Shown in pieces: positions 59,233 through 64,000 of a stretch of DNA of 64,000 bases. The stretch spans positions 10,711 to 74,710 of the forward strand of contig CAXGSM010000004.1 in assembly GCA_964012435.1 (NCBI GenBank), given 5' to 3'. Below the pieces are notes generated by a model. The model had not been told where the DNA came from. It did no database searches and saw only the letters and a program-made list of their open reading frames with translations. Positions within the stretch are counted from its first letter, which is position 1. Every line of letters starts with the position of its first letter. The DNA comes from an uncultured bacterium (lineage in GTDB: Bacteria; UBP7; UBA6624). Made by a program: the position numbers and the translations under genes.

Positions 59233-60111
59233 TCAAGCCCTAGGGTGACAGGCCCTGTATGTCATGAGCAGGTCAGGGAAAGCCAAATGCGTGTAGATCT
59301 GTGTCGTGCTTATCCTCTTATGCCCAAGCAATGACTGCACTATCCTGATGTCACAGCCATTCTGAAGCATATGTGTCGCAAAGGCATGCCTCAATGCATG
59401 CGGGGATATGCCTGAACCCAATCCGGCACTCTTGACAGCCTCATAGAACCTGTTCCTCAATTGCCTTGTCGTTATGGGTGTTCCCTTCTTGCTGATGAAA
59501 AGGAAAGGGCACTCATTGTTGTCCCATTCCTTTCTTGGCCCTTCAATCCATTTCTCAAGCTTTTCCTTCGACCTTGGGCCAAGGAGGCAAACTCTTTCAC
59601 GGCTTCCTTTTCCCGTGACTATAACTTCTGTTTTTGACTGGCTCAAGTCTTCAAGCTTGATCTTTAGGGCCTCACTGCCACGAAGCCCTGCGTCATAGAT
59701 CATCTGGAACATTGTTGAATCCCTTATGCCGATTTCAGACTCCTGGTCACATGATTCGATTATGTCTTCAACCTGTTGCTGGACAAGGAATGTCGGCAAA
59801 TGTATCTTTCTTTTCGGGTTGACGATAAGCCTTGCGATATCCTCTTTTTCGTATCCATGCTCAACCAGGAAGCTTCCCCACCTTCTCAATGATGAGGCAT
59901 GCCTTGAGATGGTTCTGGATGCCTTTCCGCGTATCCCTAATGAAGCTATGTGATCAGCCATTTCATCAGGTGTGCTGTTGTTTTTCTCAAGCCAACCCTT
60001 GACATCCTTCATATAAGCTTCAATAGTCAAATCAGACTTGCCTTCACTTATTAGGAACAATGAGAATTTTTCTAACAAATCAGTGTATTTTTTTTGATTC
60101 GTTAGATTCAT
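59233..60111 (-). CDS. Tyrosine recombinase, XerC/XerD family
   Basis: GLRGSE (R), GKG.RER (K), SPHALRHAFATHML (HxxR), LLGH, TTQIYT (Y); 292 aa. Confidence 0.93.
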   Translation of the reverse strand: MNLTNQKKYTDLLEKFSLFLISEGKSDLTIEAYMKDVKGWLEKNNSTPDEMADHIASLGIRGKASRTISRHASSLRRWGSFLVEHGYEKEDIARLIVNPKRKIHLPTFLVQQQVEDIIESCDQESEIGIRDSTMFQMIYDAGLRGSEALKIKLEDLSQSKTEVIVTGKGSRERVCLLGPRSKEKLEKWIEGPRKEWDNNECPFLFISKKGTPITTRQLRNRFYEAVKSAGLGSGISPHALRHAFATHMLQNGCDIRIVQSLLGHKRISTTQIYTHLAFPDLLMTYRACHPRA

Positions 60112-60120
60112 GATGTATAA

Positions 60121-62091
60121 ATGATACTTGTGAAACTCAATCTTTCAAGCCTTAATGACGACCAATTAAAGGTTGTAACTGCAGAAAAGGGTAAGCATCT
60201 TGTTTTGGCTGGGGCAGGCACAGGCAAGACCAGAACGCTTACATACAGGACTGCATACCTTATAGAAAAAGGCATGAGTCCAGAGAATATGCTTTTATTG
60301 ACATTTACAAATAAGGCTGCAAGGAACATGATGTTTCAGGCATCATCATTGATTTCCGGCAACCAAGGAAGGATTAATGGGGGGACATTCCATTCAATTG
60401 CAAATAGGTATCTGAGGACACATGGAAAGTTGATTGGGCTGGATAACAATTTTTCTATTATTGACTCAGAAGACCAAAGAGACCTTGTCAAGGCAACTGT
60501 TGCTGAAACTTTAGGCAAATTGGATCATTACTTTCCCACACCAAGACTTTTGATAGAAATGTTTTCAAATTCAATCAACAAGAATCAGGATCTTGAAGAT
60601 GTTGTTGTGCAAAACTCACCTCAATCATTTGAATATATGAAAGAGATATTTGATGTCTATGCTGCTTACACAAAAAGGAAATGGAGTGCAAATTGTTTGG
60701 ATTACGATGATCTTTTAATTTGCTGGCATAGGCTTTTAGCAGATTTCTCAGAAGAAAATAAAGATCTTTTCTTCCATGAAGATATTCTTGTAGATGAATT
60801 TCAAGATACAAACAAGATACAGGGTGAAATAGTTGACTTGCTTGCAAATGTAAATGGCGGCAAGCTTACTGTTGTTGGCGATGATTGCCAAAGTATATTT
60901 GCTTTCAGGGGAGCAGTTTATGAGAATATCCTTGAATTTAAAGACAGGCATGAGGATGTGAAGATACATTACCTGAAAAGAAACTACAGGTCAACAAGCC
61001 AGGTTTTAAATCTTGCAAACGACATTATCAAAAATAACAAGAAGCAATTTTATAAAGAATTGGTTCCAGCAAATAGAAGTGTTGGTCCTAGGCCTAACAT
61101 AATGCCTTTGCCAAATGTCAATGCTGAAGCAACATGGGTTGCAAAAAAAATTGCTGAAAAGTTCCAGGATGGTTTTCGTCTTTCTGAAATGGCTGTTCTC
61201 TATAGAAACCATAGCCACAGTGCCTTCTTGCAGGCAGAACTTGTCAAAAGAAACATACCTTACCAAATAAGAAGTGGGGTTAGGTTTCTTGAGCAAGCTC
61301 ATATCAAAGATGTTGTTGCACATTTGAAAATACTTATAAATAGCAAAGATGAGATTGCGTGGACACGAGTTATAGGGATGTGCCCCGGAATTGGTGCTGT
61401 TAGGTCAAGGAAGCTTATAAAAGAAATTCTTAAGTCGAAAAGCATTTCAGATCTTGGTCAAGATTTTGGCAAAGGCATCCTTCCGGAAAAAGCTTACAGA
61501 AATTGGGTTATATTTTTTAATGAAATACTTTCTTTGGGCAGCTTGAATGATGAAGAATATTCCACAGCTAAAGATCTCATAATGAAGATTATGGAGGGTT
61601 CCTATTCCGACTATCTTCAGGTTAAATATAAAAATGCGAGCAATCGTGAGGATGACATCAGCCAGCTTGCACAGCTTTCCGAATCATATAAATCTCTTAA
61701 ATCTTTTATTTCTGATTTTGTTTTGCTAGGTGAAATGTTTGGTTCTGATGTTGTTGCAGGAACTGACAAAGGCGAAAGGTTGATCCTTTCCACAATCCAT
61801 CAGTCTAAAGGGTTGGAGTGGGATATGGTTTGGATTGTTAGGGCTTGTGATTCTTCTTTCTGCGGACCAAGAACGGTTAGTAATGATGACATAGAGGAAG
61901 AAAGGAGAGTTTTTTATGTTGCTGTGACAAGAGCTAAAAGGTTTTTGACTTTTACCTATCCAATCATCGCAAACGAATGGGGTGGAGCAAACACTAAGTT
62001 TCAAGGTTCTGACATGAACAAGCCGTGTAGGTTCTTGCTTGAAGGAAATGACAGCTTAGACAAACCTTTTAGAAGTAGTTTTATTTATTGA
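60121..62091 (+). CDS. ATP-dependent DNA helicase, UvrD/PcrA/Rep family
   Basis: AGAGTGKT, TFTNKAA, VDEFQDTN, VGDDCQSIFAFRGA, NYRS, STIHQSKGLEW, EERRVFYVAVTRA. Confidence 0.95.
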   Translation: MILVKLNLSSLNDDQLKVVTAEKGKHLVLAGAGTGKTRTLTYRTAYLIEKGMSPENMLLLTFTNKAARNMMFQASSLISGNQGRINGGTFHSIANRYLRTHGKLIGLDNNFSIIDSEDQRDLVKATVAETLGKLDHYFPTPRLLIEMFSNSINKNQDLEDVVVQNSPQSFEYMKEIFDVYAAYTKRKWSANCLDYDDLLICWHRLLADFSEENKDLFFHEDILVDEFQDTNKIQGEIVDLLANVNGGKLTVVGDDCQSIFAFRGAVYENILEFKDRHEDVKIHYLKRNYRSTSQVLNLANDIIKNNKKQFYKELVPANRSVGPRPNIMPLPNVNAEATWVAKKIAEKFQDGFRLSEMAVLYRNHSHSAFLQAELVKRNIPYQIRSGVRFLEQAHIKDVVAHLKILINSKDEIAWTRVIGMCPGIGAVRSRKLIKEILKSKSISDLGQDFGKGILPEKAYRNWVIFFNEILSLGSLNDEEYSTAKDLIMKIMEGSYSDYLQVKYKNASNREDDISQLAQLSESYKSLKSFISDFVLLGEMFGSDVVAGTDKGERLILSTIHQSKGLEWDMVWIVRACDSSFCGPRTVSNDDIEEERRVFYVAVTRAKRFLTFTYPIIANEWGGANTKFQGSDMNKPCRFLLEGNDSLDKPFRSSFIY

Positions 62092-63432
62092 TCAATTATT
62101 AAAAACAACTGTGTAATCCAGTGTGATTTCTTGATTTGATTTTATAGTGATTTCTGACTCGTACCAGCTGTTTCCTGTGTTTTTAAACATGTCTGAAGGC
62201 TTGATTTGGACATCTCCCCATAATCTTGCTTTATAAGAAACAACAATATCCACATCTTTTCGATTTCGAATTGAAAGTTGGTATTTTTTTTCCGTTTTAT
62301 TTCCTTCGAGGTTCCTTGTAGACAATTCTTTGAAGTCGCTAACAATATCAAAAGCCTCTCCAGCATTTAGGCTGATTGTTTCGTTTTTTGGAGTATGCGA
62401 AACTCTGTCTTCTCCTACAAATTGATTATTACCACTACTGTCTGTCGCGAACATCCTTATTAAACCTTTTGGAAGAGGGACACCTAAACCATTTTCATCT
62501 GAATTTGAAAATTCAACCGAAACCTTAACAGGTATCTTGTTAATGTTTTGATAACTGTAGCCATGATTTTCTATTGTGTATTTTCTTTGTAGTGCAATGC
62601 TGTTGCTAGACACAAATTTAACCTGCTTGATGCTTTTGTCAGGAAGGTCGGTTTTGTTAGGTAATGTATACATGTGATATTCAAATAAAGCTTCAGACTG
62701 AACAGAATCAGCTTCTGCATAAACCTTTTGCATTCTTAGGTTTTCAACAGGCTGTCTAGCTCTGTTTATCTCTCCAGCTACTAAGTTAATATTCGAATCT
62801 CTAAAAGATGTTCCAGAATTGTTGTTCAATGTAACCCAGCCAACAAGGCTTCCATCATTTACATTAAGTGAATAATCTGAACTCCAAGGCGTTCCGCTCA
62901 TCAGGTAAGAAAGTTGCAAATCTTGTTTAGTTTTTTTTGAATTTGATATTTTCCATTTTAAGCTAGGCATAATTGCAAGCCCGTCTGGAAGGTCTGGAAG
63001 AATAATCCTTCCAGGCGCACCAATATAGATTTCATTATCTATTTTGTAAACCCCTTCTCCAACATTTGAAAGCAACAATCCCTTTTTGTTTGTAATTCTT
63101 CCTGTAGATATATTAGTTATTGCAAATTTGATCTCTTTTCCAAGATACTTTTCAAGTATTTTTGATTTATTTACAAGGTCATATTCAAAGTTTTGTTCAT
63201 GTATTTTGAATGAATCATTTGATGCTGAAAAAAGCCTTACGCTAGTGGCTTCCAAGCTTGCTGCAAGGTTGTCAAGCTTCCAATCGATAAATTCTCCAAT
63301 TGGCAACTCCGCTTTTATTGTTTGGTTGACGTATCCAGTACCATCGTTATATAGAGTAAGACTTGTTGATTCGATAGTTGAGTTGTTTAGCGCAAAAAGA
63401 AATAGGATATAAAGTAATGGTTTTTGTTTCAT
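62092..63432 (-). CDS. DUF4139 domain exported protein
   Basis: Signal peptide; LTLYN, EQNFEYDL, WSSDY, NNSG, LFEYHMY, LGVPLPKG..R, HTPKNE, AFD. Confidence 0.8.
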   Translation of the reverse strand: MKQKPLLYILFLFALNNSTIESTSLTLYNDGTGYVNQTIKAELPIGEFIDWKLDNLAASLEATSVRLFSASNDSFKIHEQNFEYDLVNKSKILEKYLGKEIKFAITNISTGRITNKKGLLLSNVGEGVYKIDNEIYIGAPGRIILPDLPDGLAIMPSLKWKISNSKKTKQDLQLSYLMSGTPWSSDYSLNVNDGSLVGWVTLNNNSGTSFRDSNINLVAGEINRARQPVENLRMQKVYAEADSVQSEALFEYHMYTLPNKTDLPDKSIKQVKFVSSNSIALQRKYTIENHGYSYQNINKIPVKVSVEFSNSDENGLGVPLPKGLIRMFATDSSGNNQFVGEDRVSHTPKNETISLNAGEAFDIVSDFKELSTRNLEGNKTEKKYQLSIRNRKDVDIVVSYKARLWGDVQIKPSDMFKNTGNSWYESEITIKSNQEITLDYTVVFNN

Positions 63433-64000
63433 GAAGCAAGTTTATAACAATTTTGAACAGTTTATAAGAACTCTATCTTTGTTTTTTCTTTTTTTCCTTT
63501 GCGGTTTTGCAAACAATGAAGATGTAAAGGTTGTTGACAAGGTCGTTTATTCAAAAGAAAAAAAACAAGAAATAAGATGGGATATTTATATTGATTTACC
63601 AGAATCTTGGAAAGTTAATGCTAATGAGCCTCTTGACCCTTATTTGATACCAACCGAATTTATACCATCAGAAAGCAAAGGCGTTGAATGGAAAGAGGTT
63701 TTTTACCCTGAACCAGAAAGCATTTTTTTAGATTGGTCAGATGAAGAGCTTCTTGTTTATGAATATCAGGTTATTTTAAGTGTTAAGGCTTTTCTTGAGG
63801 GTTCTGTTGATCAGATTCAGGGTAGGTTAACCTATCAGGTTTGTACCGATAAAATTTGTTATCCGCAGGAAACTGTTGATATAAAGTCAAGAATCAATCA
63901 AGATAAATTCCTCAAGGAAGAGCCCGCCGTTGAGGAGCTTGTTGCAGAAGAGCCCGTTACAGAAGAGACCGCCGTTGAGGAGCTTGTTGCAGAAGAGCCC
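63431..64000 (+). CDS. DsbD N-terminal domain protein (3' truncated by window edge; not in the ORF track)
   Basis: My translation is open from ATG 63431 to the end: hydrophobic leader, WKVNANEPLDPYLIPT, YPEP, LVYE, YQVCTDKICYP (DsbD-alpha Cys pair); start uncertain. Confidence 0.8.
   Translation, partial: MKQVYNNFEQFIRTLSLFFLFFLCGFANNEDVKVVDKVVYSKEKKQEIRWDIYIDLPESWKVNANEPLDPYLIPTEFIPSESKGVEWKEVFYPEPESIFLDWSDEELLVYEYQVILSVKAFLEGSVDQIQGRLTYQVCTDKICYPQETVDIKSRINQDKFLKEEPAVEELVAEEPVTEETAVEELVAEEP
63917..64000 (+). repeat. In-frame 45-nt tandem repeat encoding an acidic linker
   Basis: GAAGAGCCCGCCGTTGAGGAGCTTGTTGCAGAAGAGCCCGTTACA (63917-63961), then a second copy from 63962 with one mismatch, cut by the window edge; peptide EEPAVEELVAEEPVT-EETAVEELVAEEP. 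Confidence 0.9.

Noticed and set aside
58919..59243. Short ORFs spanning the hairpin region on both strands
   Set aside because: They overlap the lipoprotein gene and the structured element, with no motifs or start signals
59233..60111. Integron integrase or prophage integrase interpretation
   Set aside because: Length and motifs fit XerC/D; no IntI-specific insertion, no attC-type RYYYAAC...GTTRRRY sites recognised, no phage genes nearby
60101..60130. dif-like look of CATGA-TGTATA-AATGA next to the xer start
   Set aside because: Only the TGTATA core and part of the left arm match; the conserved XerD arm TTATGTTAAAT is absent and the sequence is explained by two start codons
63917..64000. 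Possible CRISPR repeat at the window end
   Set aside because: Units are contiguous, in frame within a CDS and have no unique spacers
1..64000. Alternative genetic code, frameshifted genes or a replication terminus skew switch
   Set aside because: Conserved genes translate full length in code 11 and use TAA, TAG and TGA as stops; no strand-composition switch was evident by eye (not computed)

Overview
Core chromosomal segment of an AT-rich (judged by eye, not computed), very compact bacterium using the standard genetic code. Bases 1-10979 hold a translationally coupled S10/spc/alpha ribosomal super-operon (3' end of rpsS to rpsI, with secY, adk, infA and rpoA; rpmD, map, rpsD and truA are absent from their usual places). 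It is followed by cdaA-cdaR-acpS, two glycosyltransferases, nadE and an M20 amidohydrolase. Next comes a small candidate biosynthetic cluster: tocopherol-cyclase-like protein, flavin-dependent halogenase-like protein, membrane desaturase and a convergent alpha/beta hydrolase. Central genes are gcvTHP-lplA, fumC, a class A PBP, tyrS-icd-sucCD, korAB, a LonC-type protease and lepA-truB. The right part has uncharacterised envelope proteins with DsbA-like and VWA/BsuPI-like domains, a type IV pilin/pseudopilin with an Ig-like lipoprotein, a XerC/D recombinase, a UvrD helicase, a DUF4139 protein and the 5' part of a DsbD-domain gene. No rRNA, tRNA, CRISPR array or IS element was seen. The best leads are the cyclase/halogenase/desaturase cluster, a recurring TAnnnT-N6-ATG leaderless promoter pattern together with a divergent RpoA alpha-CTD, and a structured GC-rich non-coding element between the pilin locus and the Xer gene. 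All family calls come from motif recognition by eye, not from database searches.
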